Source: Eledone cirrhosa
Lineage: Eukaryota
NCBI GenBank assembly: GCA_964016885.1
Contig: OZ024743.1
Location: 139,314,001-139,378,000, forward strand
Direction: 5' to 3'
DNA length: 64,000 nucleotides
Each line of letters opens with the position of its first letter. Within the stretch, counting starts at the first letter, position 1. The translations under genes were made by a program, and so were the position numbers. Below the pieces are notes generated by a model, which saw only the letters and a program-made list of their open reading frames with translations, was not told the origin of the DNA and did not search any database. Of this stretch, positions 1-11,504 are shown in pieces.

Positions 1-3000
1 GGTGTTTGGTGTTTGCTGCTTGGTGCTTGGTGTTTGATCTTGGGTCCTTGGTGCTTGGTCTTTGGTGTTTGGTGCTTGGTGCTTGGTGTTTGGTGCTTGG
101 TGCTTGGTGTTTGGTGTTTGGTGCTTGGTGCTTGGGGCTTGGTGTTTGGTGCTTGGTGCTTGGTGTTTGGTGCTTGGTGCTTGGGGCTTGGTAGTTGGTG
201 CTTGGTGCTTGGTGCCTGGTGTTTGGTGTTTGGAGTTTGGTGCTTGGTGTTTGGTGCTTGGTGCTTGGTGCTGGGTGGTTGGTGTTTGGTGCTTGGTGCT
301 TGGTGTTTGGTGCTTGGTGCTTGGTGCTTGTTGTTTGGTGCTTGGTGCTTGGTGCTTGGTCTTTGGTGCATGGTGTTTGGTGTTTGGCGCTTGGTGCTTG
401 GTGCTTGGTGTTTGGTGCTTGGTGCTTGGTGCTTGGTGTTTGGTGCTTGGTTCTTGGTGATTAGTGTTTGTTGCTTGGTGCTTGGTGTTTGGTGTTTGGT
501 GTTTGGTGTTTGCTGTTTGGTGTCTGCTTTTTGGTGTTTGGTGTTTGCTGTATGGTGTTTGCTGTTTCGTATTTGGTTTTTGCTGTTTGGTGTTTGGTGT
601 TTGCTGTTTTGTGTTTGGTGTTTGGTGCTTGGTGCTTGGTGCTTGGTGTTTGGCGTTTGGTGCTTGGAGCTTGGTGTTTGGTGCTTGGTGCTTGGTGTTT
701 GGTGTTTGGTGCTTGGTGCCTGGTGCTTGTTGTATGGTGTTTGGTGCTTGGTGCTTGGTGTTTGGTGTTTGCTGCTTGGTGTCTGGTGTTTGGTGCTTGG
801 TGTTTGTTGCTTGGTGCTTGGTGCTTGGTGCTTGGTGTTTGGTGTTTGGTGCTTGGTGCTTGGTGTTTGGTGTTTGGTGCTGGGTGCATGGAGTTTGGTG
901 CTTGGTGCTTAGTGCTTGGTGTTTGGTGTTTGGTGCTTGGTATTTGGTGTTTGGTGTTTGATGCTTGGTGTGTGGTGCTTGGTGATTGGTGTTTTGTGTT
1001 TGGTGCTTGGTGCTTGGTGCCTGGTGCTTGGTGCTTGGTGCTTGTTGTTTGGTGCTTGGTGCTTGGTGATTAGTGTTTGGTGCTTGGTCCTTGGGGTTTG
1101 CTGTTTGGTGCGTGGAGCTTGGTATTTGGTGCTTGGTGCTTGGTGTTTGGTGTTTGGTGCTTGGGGTTTGGTGTTTGGTGCTTGGTGCTTGGTGTTTGGT
1201 GTTGGTGCTTGGTGTTTGGTGCTTGGTGCTTTGTGTTTGGTGCTTGGTGTTTGGTGCTTGGTGCTTGGTGCTTGGTGCTTGGTGTTAGGTGTTTGGTGCT
1301 TGGTGATTGGTGTTTGATGTTAGGTTCTTGGTGCTTGGTGTTTGGTGTTTGGTGCTTGGTACTTGGTGTTTGGTGTTTGGTGGTTGCTGCTTGGTGCTTG
1401 GTGTTTTGTGTTTGGAGTTTGGTGCTTGGTGTTTGGTGCTTCGGTCTTGGTGTTTGGTGGTTGGTGATTGCTGCTTGTTGCTTGGTGTTTGGTGCTTGGT
1501 GCTTGGTGATTAGTGTTTGGTGATTGGTGCTTGGGGTTTGCTGTTTGGTGCTTGGTGTTTGGTGCTTGGTGCTTGCTGTTTGGTGTTTGGTGTTTGGTTC
1601 TTGGTGCTTGGTGTTTGGTGTTTGGTGTCTGGTGCTTGGTGCTTGGTGCTTGGTGTTTGGTGCTTGGTGCTTGGTGCTTGGTGCTTGGTGCTTGGTGTTT
1701 GGTGCTTGGTGTTTGATGCTGCGTGCTTGGTGTTTGGTGTTTGGTGCTTGGTGCTTGGTGTTTGGTGTTTGGAGCTTGGTTCCTGCTGCTTGTTGTTTGG
1801 TGTTTGGTGCTTGGTGCTTGGTGTTTGGTGTTTGGTGCTTGGTGCTTGGTGCTTGGTATCTGGTGTTTGGTGCTTGGTGTTTGGTGTTTGGTGCTTGGTG
1901 CTTGGTGTTTGGTGCTTGGTGTTTGGTGTTTGGTGTTTGATGCTTGGTGTTTGCTGCTTGGTGCTTGGTGCTTGGTGTTTTGTGTTTGGGGCTTGGTGCC
2001 TGGTGCCTGGTGCTTGGTGCTTGGTGCTTGTTGTTTGGTGCTTGGTGCTTGGTGATTAGTGTTTGGTGCTTGGTGCTTGCGGTTTGATGTTTGGTGCTTG
2101 GGGTCTGGTGTTTGGTGCTTGGTGCTTGGTGTTTGGTGCTTGGTGCTTGGTGCTTGGTGTTTGGTGCTTGGTGCTTGGTGTTAGGTGTTTGGTGCTTGGT
2201 GCTTGGTGTTTGATGTTTGGTCCTTGGTGCTTTGTGTTTGGTGTTTGGTGCTTGGTGCTTGGTGTTTGGTGTTTGGTGCTTGCTGCTTGCTGCTTGGTGT
2301 TTGGTGCTTGGTGATTGGTGCTTGGTGTTTTGTGCTTGGTGCTTGGTGCTTGGTATCTGGTGTTTGGTGCTTGGTGTTTGGTGTTTGGTGCTTGGTGCTT
2401 GGTGTTTGGTGCTTGGTGTTTGGTGTTTGGTGTTTGATGCTTGGTGTTTGCTGCTTGGTGCTTGGTGCTTGGTGTTTTGTGTTTGGTGCTTGGTGCTTGG
2501 TGCTTGGTATCTGGTGTTTGGTGCTTGGTGTTTGGTGTTTGGTGATTGGTGCTTGGTGTTTGGTGCTTGGTGTTTGGTGTTTGGTGTTTGATGCTTGGTG
2601 TTTGCTGCTTGGTGCTTGGTGCTTGGTGTTTTGTGTTTGGTGCTTGGTGCCTGGTGCCTGGCGCTTGGTGCTTGGTGCTTGTTGTTTGGTGCTTGGTGCT
2701 TGGTGATTAGTGTTTGGTGCTTGGTGCTTGCGGTTTGATGTTTGGTGCTTGGGGTTTGGTGTTTGGTGCTTGGTGCTTGGTGTTTGGTGCTTGGTGCTTG
2801 GTGCTTGGTGTTTGGTGCTTGGTGCTTGGTGTTAGGTGTTTGGTGCTTGGTGCTTGGTGTTTGGTGTTTGGTGCTTGCTGCTTGCTGCTTGGTGTTTGGT
2901 GCTTGGTGATTGGTGCTTGGTGTTTTGTGCTTGGTGCTTGGTGTTTGGTGTTTGGTGCTAGGGGCTTGGTGCTTGGTGCTTGGTATTTGGTGCCTGGTGC

Positions 3001-6000
3001 TTGCTGTTTGGTTTTTGGTGCTTGGTGCGTGGGACATAGTGTTTGGTGTTTGGTGCTTGGTGTTTGGTGATTGGTGTTTGGTGCTTGGTGTTTGGGGCTT
3101 GGTGTTCGGTGCTTGGTGCTTGGTGCTTGGGGCTTGGTGTTTGGTGTTTGGTGCTTGGTGCTTGGTGTTTGATCTTGGGTCCTTGGTGCTTGGTCTTTGG
3201 TGTTTGGTGCTTGGTGCTTGGTGTTTGGTGCTTGGTGCTTGGTGTTTGGTGTTTGGTGCTTGGTGCTTGGGGCTTGGTGTTTGGTGCTTGGTGCTTGGTG
3301 TTTGGTGCTTGGTGCTTGGGGCTTGGTAGTTGGTGCTTGGTGCTTGGTGCCTGGTGTTTGGTGTTTGGAGTTTGGTGCTTGGTGTTTGGTGCTTGGTGCT
3401 TGGTGCTGGGTGGTTGGTGTTTGGTGCTTGGTGCTTGGTGTTTGGTGCTTGGTGCTTGGTGCTTGTTGTTTGGTGCTTGGTGCTTGGTGCTTGGTCTTTG
3501 GTGCATGGTGTTTGGTGTTTGGCGCTTGGTGCTTGGTGCTTGGTGTTTGGTGCTTGGTGCTTGGTGCTTGGTGTTTGGTGCTTGGTTCTTGGTGATTAGT
3601 GTTTGTTGCTTGGTGCTTGGGGTTTGGTGGTTTGTCCTTGGTGCTTGGTGTTTGGTGTTTGGTGTTTGGTGTTTGGTGTTTGCTGTTTGGTGTCTGCTTT
3701 TTGGTGTTTGGTGTTTGCTGTATGGTGTTTGCTGTTTCGTATTTGGTTTTTGCTGTTTGGTGTTTGGTGTTTGGTGTTTGGTGCTTGGTGCCTGGTGCTT
3801 GTATGGTGTTTGGTGCTTGGTGCTTGGTGTTTGGTGTTTGCTGCTTGGTGTCTGGTGTTTGGTGCTTGGTGTTTGGTGTTTGGTGCTTGGTGCTTGGTGC
3901 TTGGTGTTTGGTGTTTGGTGCTTGGTGCTTGGTGTTTGGTGTTTGGTGCTGGGTGCATGGAGTTTGGTGCTTTGTGCTTAGTGCTTGGTGTTTGGTGTTT
4001 GGTGCTTGGTATTTGGTGTTTGGTGTTTGATGCTTGGTGTGTGGTGCTTGGTGCTTGGTGTTTTGTGTTTGGTGCTTGGTGCTTGGTGCCTGGTGCTTGG
4101 TGCTTGGTGCTTGTTGTTTGGTGCTTGGTGCTTGGTGATTAGTGTTTGGTGCTTGGTCCTTGGGGTTTGCTGTTTGGTGCGTGGAGCTTGGTATTTGGTG
4201 CTTGGTGCTTGGTGTTTGGTGTTTGGTGCTTGGGGTTTGGTGTTTGGTGCTTGGTGCTTGGTGTTTGGTGCTTGGTGCTTGGTGTTTGGTGCTTGGTGCT
4301 TTGTGTTTGGTGCTTGGTGTTTGGTGCTTGGTGCTTGGTGCTTGGTGCTTGGTGTTAGGTGTTTGGTGCTTGGTGATTGGTGTTTGATGTTACGTTCTTG
4401 GTGCTTGGTGTTTGGTGTTTGGTGCTTGGTACTTGGTGTTTGGTGTTTGGTGGTTGCTGCTTGGTGCTTGGTGTTTTGTGTTTGGAGTTTGGTGCTTGGT
4501 GTTTGGTGCTTCGGTCTTGGTGTTTGGTGTTTGGTGATTGCTGCTTGGTGCTTGGTGTTTGGTGCTTGGTGCTTGGTGATTAGTGTTTGGTGATTGGTGC
4601 TTGGGGTTTGCTGTTTGGTGCTTGGTGTTTGGTTCTTGGTGCTTGGTGTTTGGTGTTTGGTGTCTGGTGCTTGGTGCTTGGTGCTTGGTGTTTGGTGCTT
4701 GGTGCTTGGTGCTTGGTGTTTGGTGCTGCGTGCTTGGTGTTTGGTGTTTGGTGCTTGGTGCCTGGTGCTTGTTGTTTGGTGTTTGGTGCTTAGTGCTTGG
4801 TGTTTGGTGTTTGGTGCTTGGTGCTTGGTGGCTGGTGCTTGGTGCTTGGTGTTTGGAGTTTGGTGCTTGGTGCTTGGTGCCTGGTGTTTCGTGCTTGGTG
4901 CTTGGTGCTTGGTGTTTGGTGTTTGGTGCTTGGTGTTTGGTGTTTGGTACTTGGTGCTTGGTGCTTGGTGCTTGGTGTTTGGTGCTTGGTGTTTGATGCT
5001 GCGTGCTTGGTGTTTGGTGTTTGGTGCTTGGTGCTTGGTGTTTGGTGTTTGGAGCTTGGTTCCTGCTGCTTGTTGTTTGGTGTTTGGTGCTTGGTGCTTG
5101 GTGTTTGGTGTTTGGTGCTTGGTGTTTGGTGCTTGGTATCTGGTGTTTGGTGCTTGATGTTTGGTGTTTGGTGCTTGGTGCTTGGTGCTTGGTGTTTGGT
5201 GTTTGGTGCTTGGTGCTTGGTGTTTGGTGCTTGGTGTTTGGTGTTTGGTGTTTGATGCTTGGTGTTTGCTGCTTGGTGCTTGGTGCTTGGTGTTTTGTGT
5301 TTGGTGCTTGGTGCCTGGTGCCTGGTGCTTGGTGCTTGGTGCTTGTTGTTTGGTGCTTGGTGCTTGGTGATTAGTGTTTGGTGCTTGGTGCTTGCGGTTT
5401 GATGCTTGGTGCCTGGGGTTTGGTGTTTGGAGCTTGGTGCTTGGTGTTTGGTGCTTGGTGCTTGGGGTTTGGTGTTTGGTGCTTGGTGCTTGGTGTTTGG
5501 TGCTTGGTGCTTGGTGTTTGGTGCTTGGTGTTTGGTGCTTGGTGCTTGGTGCTTGGTGCTTGGTGTTAGGTGTTTGGTGCTTGGTGCTTCGTGTTTGATG
5601 TTTGGTCCTTGGTGCTTGGTGTTTGGTGTTTGGTGCTTGGTGCTTGGTGTTTGGTGTTTGGTGCTTGCTGCTTGCTGCTTGGTGTTTGGTGCTTGGTGAT
5701 TGGTGCTTGGTGTTTTGTGCTTGGTGCTTGGTGTTTGGTGTTTGGTGCTAGGGGCTTGGTGCTTGGTGCTTGGTGTTTGGTGCTTGGTGCTTGCTGTTTG
5801 GTGTTTGGTGCTTGGTGCTTGGTGCTTGGTGTTTGATCTTGGGTCCTTGGTGCTTGGTGTTTGGTGTTTGGTGCTTGGTGCTTGGTGTTTGGTGCTTGGT
5901 GCTTGGTGTTTGGTGTTTGGTGGTTGGTGCTTGGGGCTTGGTGTTTGGTGCTTGGTGCTTGGTGTTTGGTGCTTGGTGCTTGGGGCTTGGTAGTTGGTGC

Positions 6001-7150
6001 TTGGTGCTTGGTGCCTGGTGTTTGGTGTTTGGTGTTTGGTGCTTGGTGTTTGGTGCTTGGTGCTTGGTGCTGGGTGGTTGGTGTTTGGTGCTTGGTGCTT
6101 GGTGTTTGGTGCTTGGTGCTTGGTGCTTGTTGTTTGGTGCTTGGTGCTTGGTGCTTGGTCTTTGGTGCATGGTGTTTGGTGTTTGGCGTTTGGTGCTTGG
6201 TGCTTGGTGTTTGGTGCTTGGTGCTTGGTGCTTGGTGTTTGGTGCTTGGTTCTTGGTGATTAGTGTTTGTTGCTTGGTGCTTGGGGTTTGGTGGTTGGTC
6301 CTTGGTGCTTGGTGTTTGGTGTTTGGTGTTTGGTGTTTGGTGTTTGCTGTTTGGTGTCTGCTTTTTGGTGTTTGGTGTTTGCTGTATGGTGTTTGCTGTT
6401 TCGTATTTGGTTTTTGCTGTTTGGTGTTTGGTGTTTGCTGTTTTGTGTTTGGTGTTTGGTGCTTGGTGCTTGGTGCTTGGTGTTTGGCGTTTGGTGCTTG
6501 GAGCTTGGTGTTTGGTGCTTGGTGATTGGTATTTGGTGTTTGGTGCTTGGTGCCTGGTGCTTGTTGTATGGTGTTTGGTGCTTGGTGCTTGGTGTTTGGT
6601 GTTTGCTGCTTGGTGTCTGGTGTTTGGTGCTTGGTGTTTGGTGTTTGGTGCTTGGTGCTTGGTGCTTGGTGTTTTGTGTTTGGTGCTTGGTGTTTGGTGT
6701 TTGGTGCTGGGTGCATGGAGTTTGGTGCTTGGTGCTTAGTGCTTGGTGTTTGGTGTTTGGTGCTTGGTATTTGGTGTTTGGTGTTTGATGCTTGGTGTGT
6801 GGTGCTTGGTGCTTGGTGTTTTGTGTTTGGTGCTTGGTGCTTGGTGCCTGGTGCTTGGTGCTTGGTGCTTGTTGTTTGGTGCTTGGTGCTTGGTGATTAG
6901 TGTTTGGTGCTTGGTCCTTGGGGTTTGCTGTTTGGTGCGTGGTGCTTGGTATTTGGTGCTTGGTGCTTGGTGTTTGGTGTTTGGTGCTTGGAGTTTGGTG
7001 TTTGGTGCTTGGTGCTTGGTGCTTGGTGTTTGGTGCTTGGTGCTTGGTGTTTGGTGCTTGGTGCTTTGTGTTTGGTGCTTGGTGTTTGGTGCTTGGTGCT
7101 TGGTGCTTGGTGCTTGGTGTTAGGTGTTTGGTGCTTGGTGATTGGTGTTT
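1..7150. repeat. Domain-1 higher-order repeat, period about 2.7-3.1 kb (about 2.5 diverged copies)
   Basis: The rare marker GATCTTGGGTCC lies at 36, 3171 and 5835 (offsets 3135 and 2664). Near-identical ORFs at 62/3197/5861 and 195/3330/5994 show the same offsets. Confidence 0.85.
1850..2860. repeat. Local 651-bp-offset duplication (93 monomers)
   Basis: ORFs 2063 and 2714 start identically (MVLGACGLMFGAWG). The markers GATTAG..TTGCGGTTTGATG and GCCTGGTGCCTGG recur at an offset of 651. Confidence 0.75.
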
Positions 7151-7830
7151 GATGTTAGGTTCTTGGTGCTTGGTGTTTGGTGTTTGGTGCTTGGTGCTTG
7201 TTGTTTGGTGTTTGGTGCTTGGTGTTTTGTGTTTGGAGTTTGGTGCTTGGTGTTTGGTGCTTCGGTCTTGGTGTTTGGTGTTTGGTGCTTGGTGCTTGGT
7301 GTTTGGTGTTTGGTGCCTGGTGCTTGGTGTTTGGTGGTTGATGTTTGGTGTTTGGTGATTGGTGCTTGGTGTTTGGTGCTTGGTGCTTGGTGCTTGGTGC
7401 TTGGTGTTAGGCGTTTGGTGCTTGGTGCTTGGTGATTGATGTTTGGTCCTTGGTGCTTGGTGTTTGGTATTTGGTGCTTGGTGCTTGGTGCTTGGTGTTT
7501 GGTGTTTGGTGCTTGCTGCTGCTGCTTGGTGTTTGGAGCTAGGGGCTTGGTGCTTGGTGCTTGGTGTTTGGTGCTTGGTGCTTGGTGTTTGGTGTTTGGT
7601 GCTTGGTGCGTGGGACTTGGTGTTTGTTGCTTGGTGTTTGGTGTTTGGTGTTTGGTGCTTGGTGCCTGGTGCTTGGTGTTTGGTGTTTGGTGCTTGGTGT
7701 TTGGTGCTTGGGGTTTCGTGCTTGGTGTTCGGTGCTTGGTGCTTGGTGCTTGGTGCTTGGTGTTTGGTGTTTGGTGCTTGGTGCTTGGTGTTTGATGTTT
7801 GGTCCTTGGTGCTTGGTGTTTGGTGTTGTG

Positions 7831-10800
7831 TGCTTGGTGCTTGGTGCTTGGTGTTTGGTGCTTGGTGCTTGGTGCTTGGTGTTTGGCGTTTGCTGTTTGC
7901 TGTTTGGTGTTTGCTGTCTGCTGTTTGGTGTTTGCTGTTTGGTGTTTGGTGTTTGGTGCTTGCTGTTTGGTGCTTGGTGCTTGGTGTTTGGTGATTGGTG
8001 CTTGGTGCTGGGTGTTTGGTGCTTGGTGCTTGGTGTTTGGTGCTTGGTGCTTGGTGCTTGGTGTTTGGTCCTTGGTGCTTGGAGCTTGGTCTCTGGTGCT
8101 TGGGTTTTGGTGTTTGGTGCTTGGTGCTTGGTGTTTGGTGCTTGGTGCTTGGTGCTTGGTGCTTGGTGTTTGGTGCTTGCTGCTTGGTGCTTGGTGTTTG
8201 GTGCTTGGTGCTTGGTGATTAGTGTTTGGTGATTGGTGCTTGGGGTTTGGTTTTGGGGGCTTGGTGTTTGGTGCTTGGTGCTTGCTGTTTGGTGTTTGGT
8301 GTTTGGTTCTTGGTGCTTGGTGTTTGGTGTTTGGTGCTTGGTGCTTGGTGCTTGGTGTTTGGTGCTGCATGCTTGGTGTTTGGTGTTTGGTGCTTAGTGC
8401 CTGGTGCTTGTTGTTTGGTGTTTGGTGCTTAGTGCTTGGTATTTGGTGTTTGGTCCTTGGTGCTTGGTGGCTGGTGTCTGGTGCTTGGTGTTTGGAGTTT
8501 GGTGCTTGGTGCTTGGTGCCTGGTGTTTCGTGCTTGGTGCTTGGTGCTTGGTGTTTGGTGTTTGGTGCTTGGTGTTTGGTGTTTGGTGCTTGGTACTTGG
8601 TGCTTGGTGCTTGGTGCTTGGTGTTTGGTGCTTGGTGTTTGATGCTGCGTGCTTGGTGTTTGGTGTTTGGTGCTTGGTGCTTGGTGTTTGGTGTTTGGAG
8701 CTTGGTGCCTGGTGCTTGTTGTTTGGTGTTTGGCGCTTGGTGCTTGGTGTTTGATGTTTGGTGCTTGATGTTTGGTGTTTGGTGCTTGGTGCTTGGTGCT
8801 TGGTATCCGGTGTTTGGTGCTTGATGTTTGGTGTTTGGTGCTTGGTGTTTGGTGTTTGGTGCTTGGTGCTTGGTGTTTGGTGCTTGGTGTTTGGTGTTTG
8901 GTGTTTGATGCTTGGTGTTTGCTGCTTGGTGCTTGGTGCTTTGTGTTTTGTGTTTGGTGCTTGGTGCTTGGTGCCTGGTGCTTGGTGCTTGGTGCTAGTT
9001 GTCAGGTGCTTGGTGCTTGGTGATTAGTGTTTGGTGCTTGGTGCTTGCGGTATGGTGTTAGGTGCTTGGGGTTTGGTGTTTGGTGCTTGGTGCTTGGTGT
9101 TTGGTGCTTGGTGCTTGGTGCTTGGTGTTTGGTGCTTGGTGCTTGGTGTTTGATGTTTGGTGCTTGGTGTTTGGTGTTTGGCGTTTGCTGTTTGCTGTTT
9201 GCTGTTTGGTGTTTGCTGTTTGGTGTTTGCTGTTTTGTGTTTGGTGTTTGGTGCTTGCTGTTTGGTCCTTGGTGCTTGGTGTTTGGTGTTTGGTGCTTGG
9301 TGCTTGGTGCTGGGTGTTTGGTGCTTGGTGCTTGGTGTTTGGTGCTTGGTGCTTGGTGCTTGGTGTTTGGTCCTTGGTGCTTGGTGCTTGGTCTTTGGTG
9401 CTTGGGTTTTGGTGTTTGGTGCTTGGTGCTTGGTGTTTGGTGCTTGGTTCTTGGTGCTTGGTGCTTGGTGTTTGGTGATTGCTGCTTGGTGCTTGGTGTT
9501 TGGTGCTTGGTGCTTGGTGATTAGTGTTTGGTGATTGGTGCTTGGGGTTTGCTGTTTGGTGCTTGGTGTTTGGTGCTTGGTGCTTGCTGTTTGGTGTTTG
9601 GTGTTTGGTTCCTGGTGCTTGGTTTTTGGTGTTTGGTGTTTGGTGCTTGGTGCTTGGTGCTTGGTGTTTGGTGCTTGGTGCTTGGTGCTTGGTGTTTGGC
9701 GTTTGCTGTTTGCTGTTTGGTGTTTGCTGTTTGCTGTTTGGTGTTTGCTGTTTGGTGTTTGGTGTTTGGTGCTTGCTGTTTGGTGCTTGGTGCTTGGTGT
9801 TTGGTGATTGGTGCTTGGTGCTGGGTGTTTGGTGCTTGGTGCTTGGTGTTTGGTGCTTGGTGCTTGGTGCTTGGTGTTTGGTCCTTGGTGCTTGGAGCTT
9901 GGTCTCTGGTGCTTGGGTTTTGGTGTTTGGTGCTTGGTGCTTGGTGTTTGGTGCTTGGTGCTTGGTGCTTGGTGCTTGGTGTTTGGTGCTTGCTGCTTGG
10001 TGCTTGGTGTTTGGTGCTTGGTGCTTGGTGATTAGTGTTTGGTGATTGGTGCTTGGGGTTTGGTTTTTGGGGCTTGGTGTTTGGTGCTTGGTGCTTGCTG
10101 TTTGGTGTTTGGTGTTTGGTTCTTGGTGCTTGGTGTTTGGTGTTTGGTGCTTGGTGCTTGGTGCTTGGTGTTTGGTGCTGCATGCTTGGTGTTTGGTGTT
10201 TGGTGCTTAATGCCTGGTGCTTGTTGTTTGGTGTTTGGTGCTTAGTGCTTGGTATTTGGTGTTTGGTCCTTGGTGCTTGGTGGCTGGTGTCTGGTGCTTG
10301 GTGTTTGGAGTTTGGTGCTTGGTGCTTGGTGCCTGGTGTTTCGTGCTTGGTGCTTGGTGCTTGGTGTTTGGTGTTTGGTGCTTGGTGTTTGGTGTTTGGT
10401 GCTTGGTACTTGGTGCTTGGTGCTTGGTGCTTGGTGTTTGGTGCTTGGTGTTTGATGCTGCGTGCTTGGTGTTTGGTGTTTGGTGCTTGGTGCTTGGTGT
10501 TTGGTGTTTGGAGCTTGGTGCCTGGTGCTTGCTGTTTGGTGTTTGGCGCTTGGTGCTTGGTGTTTGATGTTTGGTGCTTGATGTTTGGTGTTTGGTGCTT
10601 GGTGCTTGGTGCTTGGTATCCGGTGTTTGGTGCTTGATGTTTGGTGTTTGGTGCTTGGTGTTTGGTGTTTGGTGCTTGGTGCTTGGTGTTTGGTGCTTGG
10701 TGTTTGGTGTTTGGTGTTTGATGCTTGGTGTTTGCTGCTTGGTGCTTGGTGCTTTGTGTTTTGTGTTTGGTGCTTGGTGCTTGGTGCCTGGTGCTTGGTG

Positions 10801-11504
10801 CTTGGTGCTAGTTGTCAGGTGCTTGGTGCTTGGTGATTAGTGTTTGGTGCTTGGTGCTTGCGGTATGGTGTTAGGTGCTTGGGGTTTGGTGTTTGGTGCT
10901 TGGTGCTTGGTGTTTGGTGCTTGGTGCTTGGTGCTTGGTGTTTGGTGCTTGGTGCTTGGTGTTTAGTGTTTGGTGCTTGGTGTTTGGTGTTTGGCGTTTG
11001 CTGTTTGCTGTTTGCTGTTTGGTGTTTGCTGTTTGGTGTTTGCTGTTTTGTGTTTGGTGTTTGGTGCTTGCTGTTTGGTCCTTGGTGCTTGGTGTTTGGT
11101 GTTTGGTGCTTGGTGCTTGGTGCTGGGTGTTTGGTGCTTGGTGCTTGGTGTTTGGTGCTTGGTGCTTGGTGCTTGGTGTTTGGTCCTTGGTGCTTGGTGC
11201 TTGGTCTTTGGTGCTTGGGTTTTGGTGTTTGGTGCTTGGTGCTTGGTGTTTGGTGCTTGGTTCTTGGTGCTTGGTGCTTGGTGTTTGGTGATTGCTGCTT
11301 GGTGCTTGGTGTTTGGTGCTTGGTGCTTGGTGATTAGTGTTTGGTGATTGGTGCTTGGGGTTTGCTGTTTGGTGCTTGGTGTTTGGTGCTTGGTGCTTGC
11401 TGTTTGGTGTTTGGTGTTTGGTTCCTGGTGCTTGGTTTTTGGTGTTTGGTGTTTGGTGCTTGGTGCTTGGTGCTTGGTGTTTGGTGCTTGGTGCTTGGTG
11501 CTTG
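7831..11504. repeat. Tandem duplication of an 1813-bp unit (259 monomers), two near-identical copies
   Basis: ORF pairs 7995/9808, 8222/10035, 8404/10217, 8758/10571, 9027/10840 and 9524/11337 are all offset by 1813. The private markers GCTAGTTGTCAGG (~8995/~10808) and GGTATCCGG are each seen twice. Confidence 0.93.
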
